Source: Takakia lepidozioides
Lineage: Eukaryota; Plantae; Bryophyta
DNA: 64,000 bases
Assembly (NCBI GenBank): GCA_030704615.1
Contig: CM060732.1
Span: forward strand, 26,102,001 to 26,166,000
Reading direction: 5' to 3'
Shown piece by piece: positions 27,701 to 39,700 of this stretch. The position numbers and the translations under genes were made by a program. The stretch's first letter is position 1; each line of letters starts with the position of its first letter. Below the pieces are notes generated by a model, which was given only the letters and a program-made list of their open reading frames with translations, was not told where the DNA came from and made no database searches.

Positions 27701-30700
27701 GTCGCTCTCTGATGAGAATACCCCAGACATTGTATCAGAAAATGGATACTGTCTTCAGGCTGCCTGCACATTGCGCACTGGCAATCTTCCTTTCCTCTCT
27801 ACATCTGTTTATTATTCAAAGGTCCACTCCCAGCCTCAACTTAAATTTCTCGAGTGCTGAGGATAGGTAGGCCCTTCCGGTCCTCACCCATGTCACTGAC
27901 TGGAAACAAGTTCCAGGAAGGTTTATGCCTTACTTCGTTCCGTACGGCCATCCTCCGTGCTTCCATGGCCTTAGACACTTCAGCCTCCAAGTCAGCTTCA
28001 TCTAGCAGGGTGAGTTCGTCCCACCTCATATTCAGGTACTTGAAAATCTCCTCTACCCTTTTCTGCCAGGACTTGGCCTGTTTAGCAGGACAGTCTTGCT
28101 CCCAAGAAATACAGTGAATCATCTTAGGGTCTCCGGTCTTAGGAATGCAATTCAACTGACCCCACCATCTGACCTTGACCTCATCATGTCAAGAGCTCAA
28201 GGGCAGTATGCCAAACTCGCCTCGAACAGCCACTTTTAGCTGTTCTAGAGCACGATGACTTGCTCGCTTTCAGCACCGAAAGCTGAATGTTGTAAAGTTT
28301 TAGCATGGTTGGAGTTGCTATCCCACATGGCAGATGCGTATTCCAAGGTAGGCTAACGTTGCAAAGCATGGTCCTTTTAACTTCAAACTGAATCACTCTG
28401 CAGTGGAAAAAATTAGTGAGACCCAAAGCTTTGCATTTAGCTGTGTGAACCACTTATTGTATATGCACACCCCAATTACAGCTGGAGGAAAACTCTTAAC
28501 CATATTCATAAGCAAATATGGACCTTGAAATGCCATTTTTCTGATTTCAACCCAAGATGTCATCAACCTGTGTGTTTGTGTTTGTATTTTGAAAGAGAGA
28601 GGGGGAATTGTAGGGAATTTTTGAGCTGTTGGACTCTACGTTAATTCCAAAAGAGGAGAATGTGGGCAAAGAGGTCCTTGCCTGAAAGTCATTGAAGAGG
28701 TCCTGCTTTCCATTTTGCTGCTTCAATAATTCTACAAAGTGCACCTTGGTCTGTGCGCCAGGAGATAAGCATCACTTCCCATGTACATCAAAACAATCAT
28801 ATCATGGAACAGAGACCCGGACAGAATCATAAAGCCCATAGAGACGCTCTCCTATTCTTCTCCTTTGCAAAGTTATTTTCGTTAGATATGTCTAATTTTT
28901 CATTCCTCTACTAAGTTAGCATTTCATGCGCCTGATGGAACAAGTACCTGTGTCAACTGCTGTATAGTAGTTGAGCGCTCATGTTGCAAATGCAGGAAAA
29001 ACTCCTGAAGGGTCTCTAAGTACTGCTGTTCTATTTCTTCCCATTGTTTTTGCAGCAACTCTGCCAAATAAGCCAGCAACCAGCATTTAGTCGGGATATG
29101 ACATATTATGAGTCGCGGTAATAATCAGATACAAAGATATCAAGTGCTCAACTCACAAAATGAATCCTAAGTCTCAGACCAATCCCCTTCAATCAAAATA
29201 CTGTTTCAGCTCATGATGAACCATCCAGTGTCTCAGCACTACCTAGCATCTGACAGTACCAACCAGTGATAACTCAAGGTAATCCTGCTCAATTATCACC
29301 TTGATAACCAAATCATGCTGACCACCAACGTGGGACTCCCCAATTTGGAAGGCTGTAGTTCTGGCTTCTTTAGTGAAGGCATGGAATCTGTTCAAGGGAT
29401 GCTTTACAGAAAAGTACCTGCAGTCTTTTTTCTCTCCATGCCAGGATTGGGTGCTGGCTCTGCACTTGCACTCTGTGTGTCTAGTCCACTCGTCTCAGCC
29501 TTCACGAAGTACATGAGATATAAGGTGTAAACAAAACTACTTTAATCACCTATGCTCCCATGGAAGGTGCAAAGTCAAAGGTGATTTGCCCCAGACAGCA
29601 CATTACATGGTGATTTCATAGCTTCCCCGACACACAGTAATGCAAGCATTCCCCAACAATTCAGAGCCCAGGAGGAGAGGAGAGAAGTTAGAGGGATAAC
29701 TGCTTGATTGATTGATTGATTGAGCTAAACCTCAAAACTACCTTTACAAGTATCTATACTTTACCTACAAGCTGCTGTAAGAAAAACAATGACATTTTTC
29801 ACCATCATTGAGACTCTCAAGTTTTTGGCACTACTATTGGCTACATGTTAAGAGAGAAGCACCTCTACATCCTTCCTAGGAACTCGTGTGTTGTCCTTCT
29901 TGGCCAAGGCTTCCTTCTCTTTCTCTTTTCTCCCACCCTTCTCCGGTTTTGTTGGGGGTTCTTCACCCTTAATTGCACTCTCTAATGCTGTTGATGCTTT
30001 CTGGCTTGCCTGCGCTGCCTTTGCTGCTGCCTGCTTGGCTGTGTCAGCTGCTTTTTCTGCTGCCTCTTTGCAATGGATGACTGCTTCCATTCCACCTGCC
30101 CCAACCTAAAAGCCAAATAGCATGGGGTCTACATTTGTTCATTATACACTTTGCAGCTTTCTCCCTTGTTCAGTACCTTATAAAGCACCATTTCATTCAT
30201 TTCATTTCCCTTGTTCAGTGCATTGTTGCTTTTGTTCACCAAAAGAAGATAGCGCATGTCTAGGATAGAGAAGCTGTCCAGGTGACGCACTCCAATAGCT
30301 ATCACCCAAATATTTCCAAATAAAAGCAGGATAACTCAACTTGACAATAAAGAGTTTGTGCCAAATTTCCACAATCCTTTCAAGTAGTTCCCTGGTACTA
30401 AATAGCAGCTGAAAAAAGGGAGGGTCCTCATAGCAGTCTTTTAAGGGAATCTCCACAACAGCAAGCCAGACTTGCATGTACACTATGCAATCCTGAAGAT
30501 GATCAGTCTCAATGCATAGAGGAGGTGCCAGCTTTGAGGTGGGTAACTATTTCTTCCCTATTCTCATTCCAAGCTGATGGCAATTACCTGAGCCTCGTCT
30601 GCAGCTTTTTGGGCCTGTTCAGCAGCAGCTGCAGAGGCCACAGAGGTATCTTGGGCCTCCTGCACAACCTTCATTACATCATCAAGTTTCTTGGCAAACG

Positions 30701-33700
30701 CATCACCTGCCTTCTCCTTTACAGGCTTCTTCCCTGCGCTTGCATCTAGTGCCTTCGGTGTCTCCACTTCTGCCAGTTTCGTGTTGAAAAACAATCTTGC
30801 CAGCTCTTCAGCCACACAGCCAGCCCTCTTCGCATCTTTAGAAGCCTGTGGTCAAGATTGCATTATTAGGTCTTTGAAGCAAGGATAGGTGAAAAACAGC
30901 TTGTAGCTTTAAGTGAATAGCTTATTACATTATAGGCAACAGAAATGAAATGAAATGAAATGGTGCTTTATAACGTCCGCGGAAAGCTCATAGAGCTTAT
31001 TATAGGCAACAGAGAAATGAAATGAAATGGTACTTTATAACGTCCGCGGAAAGCTCAGAGAGAGAGAGATGATGCCAACTGAATCGTTTGGGAGGCTGTG
31101 CGAGAGCAGACCTATAGGAACCTTGGTCATAACCCCTCAGTCTTCCTGACATGATGTGTAGCACCACTTTCCCTTTTGGGACAAAGAAGAGACAATTGAG
31201 CTCAAGGTTTCGCACTTGCAATATGGACAGAAGAATATTGAGAAAATTCGTGTAGTCTACAGAACTACCAGCATCTATCCATTTGCACTATATGTAGCAT
31301 CAGTTACCTGGTTTGCCGCTTCATTTGCCTCAAATGCAGCTTTAGCTGCAGTTGCAGCAGCCCCACTTTTTGCACGGCCATCTAAAATCTCCGCAATAAC
31401 TGCGCTTGCCTCTTTGACATCCACGATGCATTTTCCACCTTCATCAGAGTGTACTTGCGGCACATGAAACGCATTCTTGAACCTGCTCATAAAATCCTGT
31501 AGAGGAGACCATACCTCTGCGCCTGCAGCGATCTTCTCCTGGACGGCATCTACATTTTCCACTGTCTGAAGGCGGCCAGCAATCCCACTGCTCAATCAAT
31601 CCAAGCATAGGAAACATAAACACAACAATGTCAACATTGTATCAGAAAATGGATATTGTCTTCAGGCCGCCTGCACATTGGGCAATGACAATCTCCCTTT
31701 CCTCTTTGCATCTGTTTATTGTTCAAAGGTAGACTCCTTTCCCTGAGATTAAATTTCAGTCTAGTGTCGAGGGTACAAAGGCCCTTCAGGCCATCCTTAA
31801 GGTCCTCACCCATGTCACAGACTGGAAACAAGTTCAGGCAAGTTTCATGCCTAACCTCCTTTTGTTCAGTCATTCTCTGTGCTTCTTAGACACTTCAGCC
31901 TCCTAGTCAGCTTCCTCTAGCAGGGTCAGTTCTTCCTGCCTGACGTTCAGGTACTTGAAAATCTCCTCTATCCTTTTCCACTGTTCATCCAGCCTGTTTA
32001 ACTGGACGGTCTTGCTTCCAATGCATAGAGTCGATCATCTTAGGGTATCTGATATTAGGCATGCGATTCAACTGACTGCACCATCTGACCTTGAACTCAT
32101 TATGTCGAGAGCTCAAGGGCGGTACACTGAACTCCACCCAAACAGCAAATTTACCTGTTCTACAACACACTGACATGCACCGAAAGCTGAAATTTCAGCA
32201 TGGTTGGAGTTGCCTTCAGATGCATACTCCAAGGAAGGCCTAATAAGGTTGCAAAGCATGGTCCTTTTAACTTCAGGTTTAATCCCTCGGCAGTGGAAAA
32301 ATTGAGGGAGACCAAAAGCTTTGCGTTTAGCCGTTTGAACCACTTTTTGCATATGGTATGGTATTAATAAGAGTTATGCTATGGTAGTAGTAAAAGTGGA
32401 CTTTGTAGGTCAAGCAGTCCACCATCAAGGATCAACTACAGTCTTTAGGGAAACTGACGTACCTCACCTTATTAACACAATTCACTATAGCAAGTGGCAC
32501 TCACGTTTTATCAATGGCAGGAGGAGGGTTGTATACACGATGATAAACTGTTCCAGTCTTGGGATCCACAACCTTTCCCAGTGCTCTCTTCAGGGCTTCT
32601 TCTTCCACAAGAGCTTCCAACAAAAAGATGGCATGAAGTCCTGCTACAGCTTTACCACCAATGTCCTACCTCTCCCATTGCATTCCACAATAATTTGAAT
32701 GTATTCTACAGTTGATATTCAGCATTGGCATATACTAGCATTTGCTGTTTTGATTCTCTACAGCAGAACCCACCCCACAATCACTTTAAAAGAAAATCAA
32801 AGGTATTCAATACGGTTTTCAAGTTTTTGGCAACTAGTAGTGATTCACAAAAGTCCTTGCTGACAGAAAAAGACGAATGACACACAAGAATTGTACACAT
32901 AGACAAGTAGAGGTATTGAGAACACATACAGGTTCAGGAGGGGCAATTACAGAAGCACTGGCTTTCAGGTGCTTTTCTAACTCCACGTTAAGACCAGTCA
33001 AGCACTTCTCCAAAGCCGCTGCCTGGCCAGCATTGCTTGGGAACCCGTCCAGTACAAAACCCTGCAGCTTAGGGGCAGGCACAGTAGTTCCCCCCTTGCC
33101 CCCTTTTGGGACAGGACCTGCACATTGACATTTTGTCATGTGTTGAAGTATCTGTGAGAGAGCCAGCAAAGAAGAAACAAACAAATTTATAACGTCAAGC
33201 AGGGGCCGAGGGGCCGAGGGTCAAAGAAGACCCCAAGCAATGCTTGGAGATGGAGTGCCTAGAGAGGTAAGAATCAGGCGGCCAGTAGGAAGCTGAGAGA
33301 TTGCTCTTATTTCATGAGAACCTGGGTACATTTTCTGTTGTCCTGAGCAGATGGAGCAACTGATATTCCGTAGAAGGGACTAGCAAGTGCCATTTGGTTG
33401 GAGTCCGCTTTGCACAAGAGGACATCTAGGTTTACCCTGCTGTTCTTAGTTGTGTCTTAGTTCCTTGCCATATTTTAGCTCATCCCCACATCAGTTCGGC
33501 TTCCTGTTCCCTGTTGGTTCCTGTCTTAAGAGTTTGTCAGCAAACAACGTCTTACGAGTACATTCTTAAAAGTTTGTCCCCTCTTGTGTCAGTAGTTTGA
33601 TCTGTAGATTAGGCTCACCACTTTCCCACGTGAATGGTTCCTTGAATCTCTAAATACATGTGTTGAACAGTCTAGTACAGTCCATCATGTACGAAACAGA

Positions 33701-36700
33701 TATCAGCAGGACCAACGAAGGAAAGCACAACTAGAAAACTAGGGTTAGAAGGTTTGATGTATCTCAACTGGGCTTCTTTGGAGGGGCCTTGGCTGCAGGT
33801 TTGCCACCTAAACACAGAAGAGGCGAGACATGACTTAGGCACTGAAGGTGTAATGTGGCTTCTGAGGGAGGGACGATCTGAAGTTGGTAGATGCAAGTGG
33901 AAGGTGGTTTTTGATCACCTACGCGCACTCTGCAATCATGCCTGAAAGGGAAGCACTCTTTCCAGAGCCCTTGCCATATGAGGCCAAAGGCCACACTGAC
34001 ACCATAATCACTTTTCTGACCTTTAAAAGGAAAGGTCCATAAATATATATGATGAAACGCTATTATACACAAGCTGGACATTGTCAGATGTGCATATCTA
34101 AGAAGTTATCTACATACCTCAAGAAAAACATGTGATTGTTCTACCATGCAATAAGGAGCATAACTGACCCTTTTTTGCCCCACCACCTGCTTTTGCAGCA
34201 GCTGCTGCCTCTGTGCATCAGAACGAAGAGTGCAAACATTGTGTTCATCAGAAATCTCATCCTTCACCATAATTTCTAAATTCAAGGCCACCCCACCCCC
34301 CCTCCCCCCCCCCTAACATAAATTTGTCCTGCACATCCAATAAATACTTCAATGGTGAATCATTTTATTTGTGACCATTGGACAAATCTATTGAAGACAA
34401 AATGCATATCAAATTACTTGCAAATGCTAGACACTACCATATTCTTCAAGATTATTCAATGTCAGCAACAATAACTGCACGATCACATCATCAGGGACCT
34501 GCATGCCAGACATTAAAAGTTTTTTCTTGTTAACTGAGAAGACAACTTCACCTCATAAACAGAAATCATGTTGCTTCATCAACACTTGCAAAGTTCAGAA
34601 GCATTGTATTCAAATATACAGATTATTAATCATAAACACCCACTCCGCATTGGTGTATAGCAAAGGTGTATTGGCAGTTGATTACATATTTTATGATGCC
34701 TTCAGGACATTATAAAAATAAAGAGTCACATATCTGAGGATACGTTTAAATTCTGTTCAGCTGGTTTGGTCTATCCAGCAATTCCGCACTGAGGCATTTC
34801 ATACATGTTCCATTTGTGGTGAAACATGGACTACCTCCACATCTGATGGCTCCTCACGACCACAATGGGATGCTGGGCACTGCGTAGGCTCTGCTAGATT
34901 TCCAACCTCCTCAATGGGCTTTTTACCCTGACTTAATCCTAAACTGACGTAGCAGTTCAAGGTCTACTTGAGCCTTCAATCCACCCCCTGTTGAGCCCAG
35001 ATTTCAGATGCACCATGGCGAGATAATGTCCGACGGGCTTTAGATGAAAGGAAATGAAATGAAATGGTGCTTTATAACGTCCACGGAAAGCTCATAGAGC
35101 TTATGGGACAAAATGGAAAATGGAAATGGAAATGGTGCTTTATAACGTCCGCGGAAAGCTCGTAGAGCTTATGGGACAAAATGGAAGAAAACATGAGAGA
35201 GGAACAAATCCAGAAACCAAGAATAAGAACTAATGTTCTAGCGATTGTCTAAGGGTGAAGGCCTCGTGCAGGTAGGCTGCCAAGCATTTTTTATCCTCAT
35301 AGTGGAAGACATCAGTGAGAGTTTGGGTTCCACTGAATAAACAGTGGAGTCTCCCACGGATCTCGTAGTATAGAGGGCAGTAGAAGAAGAAGTGTTCTTC
35401 AGTTTCAATTCCTGGCTGCGCCCTATGCAAGCTGGACATAGGCGGTCCTCCCGTTGCAGGTTTTCCCATCTGCCAGTCTCTATCCGTAGGTTGTGGGAAC
35501 CCACCCTGAACCGCCCCAATGCCCTCAGGAGGGAAGGAGATAAGGATGCTGAAAGGTAATTTGGTCTCAAGATTCTATCATCGCGGAGCACCAAGAATGT
35601 CTCTCGATAGAAGTGGAGCTTTGTCGTGAGATTGGGTAGCTTCCAAGTTCTCTTGACATGTAATTCCATAAGCTCTCTCCTAATGAGTCTGTTGCGGTCA
35701 TGTCTGGATGTGATGTCCACCTCATCTGGATTCATTGGTAATAGGGAAGCAGTAGAGAGTCCGTTGCGTTGAAATAAACTGTCCACTCGAGCATACCAGG
35801 AGTTCCTGAAACCTGCAGCTTTGAGCCTCATAGATGTTGCGAGGGCCCTTGCCATGAGCCCCTTGGGTGGAAGGGCCTGTAATCTATGGAGAAAGATTGT
35901 AAGCCGGAAGAGGGCCTCGGATTGCAATGGTACACATGCGAACTCTGCACCTAGGATCTGAGATGGAGTTGTGCTTCTGGCGCCAAGCATTGCTTGGAGA
36001 AAAGATGACTGTAATGATTCCAGATTCTTTTCCTACCAGGAGACAGGGACACCAGGTGCCCAGAACTCACAACCATAGATGGTAGCAGGGCTGATGACGG
36101 TGTCAAACAGCCACTTTTTGGTTGGGGGATGACGCAGATGTATTTGCTTGCATTTGGCCTGAAGGCGGACAGAGGCCGCCTTACCTTTAGTCAATCTGTC
36201 CAGGGCAGTGGCTGCAAAGTGAAACTTGGGGGAATGGATAACCAGACCCAGGTACCGGTATGATTTCACAATCTCAATTTCCTGCTGGTTGAAGATGAAT
36301 CTACGATCAGCTTGGCCATTGAAGACCATGATCTTGGTCTTGCTAAGATTGACTTGCATCCCATAGTCTTTGGAGAACTGTTCCAAAATGTTGAGATGGC
36401 GTTGCAGGAAGACCGGGGATTGTGCCAAAAGGGCAACATCAGCGTAGAGGAGATCTGATTGTGTTGGTCCCCCATCCAATGGTACCCCAACCCCATGGTT
36501 TTTTGATATGTAATTCTCCAAGGCGTCAATGTAGATCCCGAAAAGGGTAGGTGAAAGGGGGCAGCCCTGTTTGACTCCAATGTTGCTCTGGACCTCGGCT
36601 GAGAATTCACCAGCGACGTTGACCATGCCAGTGACAATCTCATACATAGAAGAGATGGCACAAAGGATGTCTGGAGGGACTTCCACTCTATGGAGCCGTT

Positions 36701-39700
36701 GGAAGAGAAGGTCCCGAGGAACTGAATCAAAGGCTTTGTGAAAGTCCACGAAGCAAACATAGACCATTCTTTTGTCATAGCGTGCACTTTCCACCATAAC
36801 CTGAAGAGTGAAGATGTGGTCAATAGTGGATCTGTTGCGACGGAAACCAGCCTGTCCCTCAGCACGAATGCGAGAGGACTCAGCCCAATCATCTAGTTCC
36901 ATGGCCACTACTGCCCCAAACAGTTTAGCAAGTAACGAGGACACCATGATAGTACGATAGTTGGTTGGTGCGAGCCTGTCACCGCTCTTGAAGAGTGGGT
37001 GGATGATGCTCTTTGTCCACTCTGTTGGAAAGCCCCGTTGCACGACCTCATTGAAGAGGTGAGCTATAAAAGGGGCTAAAGTAGGTGCAGCATGCTTGAT
37101 GAATTCACTCTGAAGTCCTGAAATGTCCACTGCCCTGCCATTTTGCAGCTTCTTGATTGCCTTGCTGACATTGGCCGTAGTAAAGAGAGAGAAGTGAAGG
37201 GGTTTAGAGGTTATGGGAGAGGGAGTTTGGGTTGGGGAATGGTACAAAGACTGTGCATACTCATGCCAGACATGAATGTCAGTGATTGGGGGAGGGTCTC
37301 TATGAGGTTTAAGGAGGGACCAAAAAGAACGAGGAGAAAATCTGATTTTAGCAAGGAAAGAAGATTGCAACTTGACAGTGTAGGCTCTCTTTTTGGATCT
37401 AATGAGGGACTTATAGTGTAAATGGAAATTGTTCAGATAACTTGGTTTTTCTTACTGAAAAGGCTGTACTTTCCTGGGTTGCAACCTACTCCAGACCATG
37501 TGATCTGCCCAATCATCATAATAAGGCCACCCACCGGCTCTTTCTTGTCTGATGCACACTTGACTTGCATACCAAGGCGTCCTCTGGGAGAAAACTTCGC
37601 ATAAGGGTCTAATAGTGGCTCAGGTAATGCAGCAGTCTGTCCGAGATTGTTTCCTCCCTCAGTTTGCTCTTCAGGTTGACCCTTAGTTCCTTGCTGTGGA
37701 ACCACCTTTGGCACAGGGTCCACCTTCTTGACTTCAACAAGCAACTCACCTGTAAGCTTCTCCTCCTCTGTTTTCAGACAAGAAGACGGAGGAACTGTTG
37801 TGAGGCTAGGAAGACCTTGGAATGTTTTGTATGTGCAATAGCTACTGTAGCAACTTTCTGTCGATGTAAGCATCTCGCTCACCTTATAATCAACCACATC
37901 CAATTTGTAAGATCATAGATATCATGTGGTTCTGTGCAACTATCATCTGAAGGATTCTGTACCACTAGCTTGTGAAGGGTGTGCTCATGTCAGGGCTGAG
38001 TCCTAAGTGATGAATGGAGAGATCCACAGCAGGTGCATGTCCACTTATTCTGTGGCCTGAGGTTTCACATGCAGACAACCTACACAAATGTTACTAGTGT
38101 TTATGGAACCAAATTCTGCCAGAGGAGCTAATTCCAAACTATTTCGAACTGCTAATTAGCAGAGAGGAAGACTCTTGCCAAAGCAAGCGTAAATTACGGT
38201 GTCACTTCAAGCCTGCCTTCTGTATGGAAGGAGGACACCTTCTAACGGCCCTAACCGGTGCAACTCAGTTGCCCAATCCTCCCCCAAGGACTCGAAAGTC
38301 CCTAGGTACCACACATTAAGTAAGCGATTGACCCAGTTACCCCACTTTTAGCTGGCCATAATGGGTGACATCCAACATACACTTGTGCCCTAACCACTGT
38401 GCCATCTGTTGGACGCTGCTGATTAGCATGGAATGAGGGGCTTTCCCCTCTCCCATCAAGTAGAGCGCATGTTTTGAAAGCATGGAGCTGTCAGTTTCAT
38501 CTCAAAAGATGGACAGTGCTTGTGATTTATTTTGTTAGGAAACCTCAATTTTATGCATTCTAACCCTATCAAGGCTGAGCAGGAATCATACCAGCAGCAG
38601 CAAAAGCAACAGCCGAGGCCAGAACCAGCTCAAGTTCAATGAGAACAGCGCCAAACTCAACTTCCAGCTGCTTTGCCACGGTAGTCTTCCCTAGCAAACC
38701 AGTCAGAGTCGATTTTGTCAGCAGCAGCTATACTGATAGAAGAGATTTTTGTTTCCTGCGTAACAACTAAACATCTGTCAGATATCTCTAACAGCCAAGC
38801 ATCACATATGTATTTACTGAAACGAGTCTTATGATAGAACCTTCAATTAGCACCTACCTGCTCATCACTGATCTCCACAAGCCCTGCAAAACATGCATGA
38901 TTTCAAAGCACTGGCTCACAGGCTTGCACCTGAAGTCATGCCGGATATCTTGACCTAGGAGAATAGATCATGTCCATTTGGGCCACTTCTCAGCTCTCGG
39001 GCAGTTGAAGTTTACTAATGCGTTTTCTTGGTTGACTTTCCCATGAGACCAAACTCCTGTACCCTTCACTCATTTAACGGGCCAATTTTTAATTCAAAGT
39101 TTCAAATTTCACTGTTCTTATGGACTGCCGATGTGGATGCGTCCATCCTTCAACAGCAAATGTAGTTAATTTCCTCCATGTCAATGGACAACCAAAGAGC
39201 CGTAGCATGGAACGTCCATGGACACGATGGATTTTAACCAGTTTCTGCAGCCATTGTTGCTCGAAAGTGTAAAGGATGTCTAAAGCATGCCTTAAAGGAT
39301 TTCTTGACAGTTTCTTGGTTTAGTGGCCACAGTTTGTTTCATGCTGGGGGTTCTGGGTCACCTCGCTCACGGATAGCATCTTCCAAGTCCAAATCTTATG
39401 GATGCATGTTACCTAAGTACGTGATATAACATCTCGATTAACGATTGGAAAGGTGTGGGGAGGATTTAGAGCTCAAGCTACTACCTGCATATGGGACGCC
39501 AACAACTGCAACCATGAGGCTAAATTTAGAGAGGTCAGGCAGCTGGAGTGGCTGCGATGGGCTTTCAGCTAGGGCATGTATGTCAGCCAAGATCCTTCCC
39601 AGTTCCTTGTTTTTGCCGACTGGCCCTAGTTCCTGAGGGCTCTTCCATTTTCCCTCCTCTTCCAGATACTCTGTCACCGCAGCCTACCAAGGGCACGAGA

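Larger units (their letters stand above)
18190..35190. repeat. About 15 dispersed 3'-terminal fragments of RTEX-like family 1 (GAGCTTTCCGCGGACGTTATAAAGCAC(CATTT)n)
   Basis: Copies near 18190, 18547, 19988, 20123, 20409, 24033, 30944, 31014, 35051, 35117 (minus) and 26051, 26300, 26390, 26470, 30175 (plus); same sequence as the 3' end of the LINE at 35051-37380. Confidence 0.9.

Noticed and set aside
32834-33184. Stand-alone adenylate kinase gene (GFVLDGFP)
   Set aside because: One exon of the ADK-like domain within the SPEF2-like gene
34290-34313. C-rich run (possible G-quadruplex on the minus strand)
   Set aside because: Simple intronic low-complexity tract with no supporting evidence
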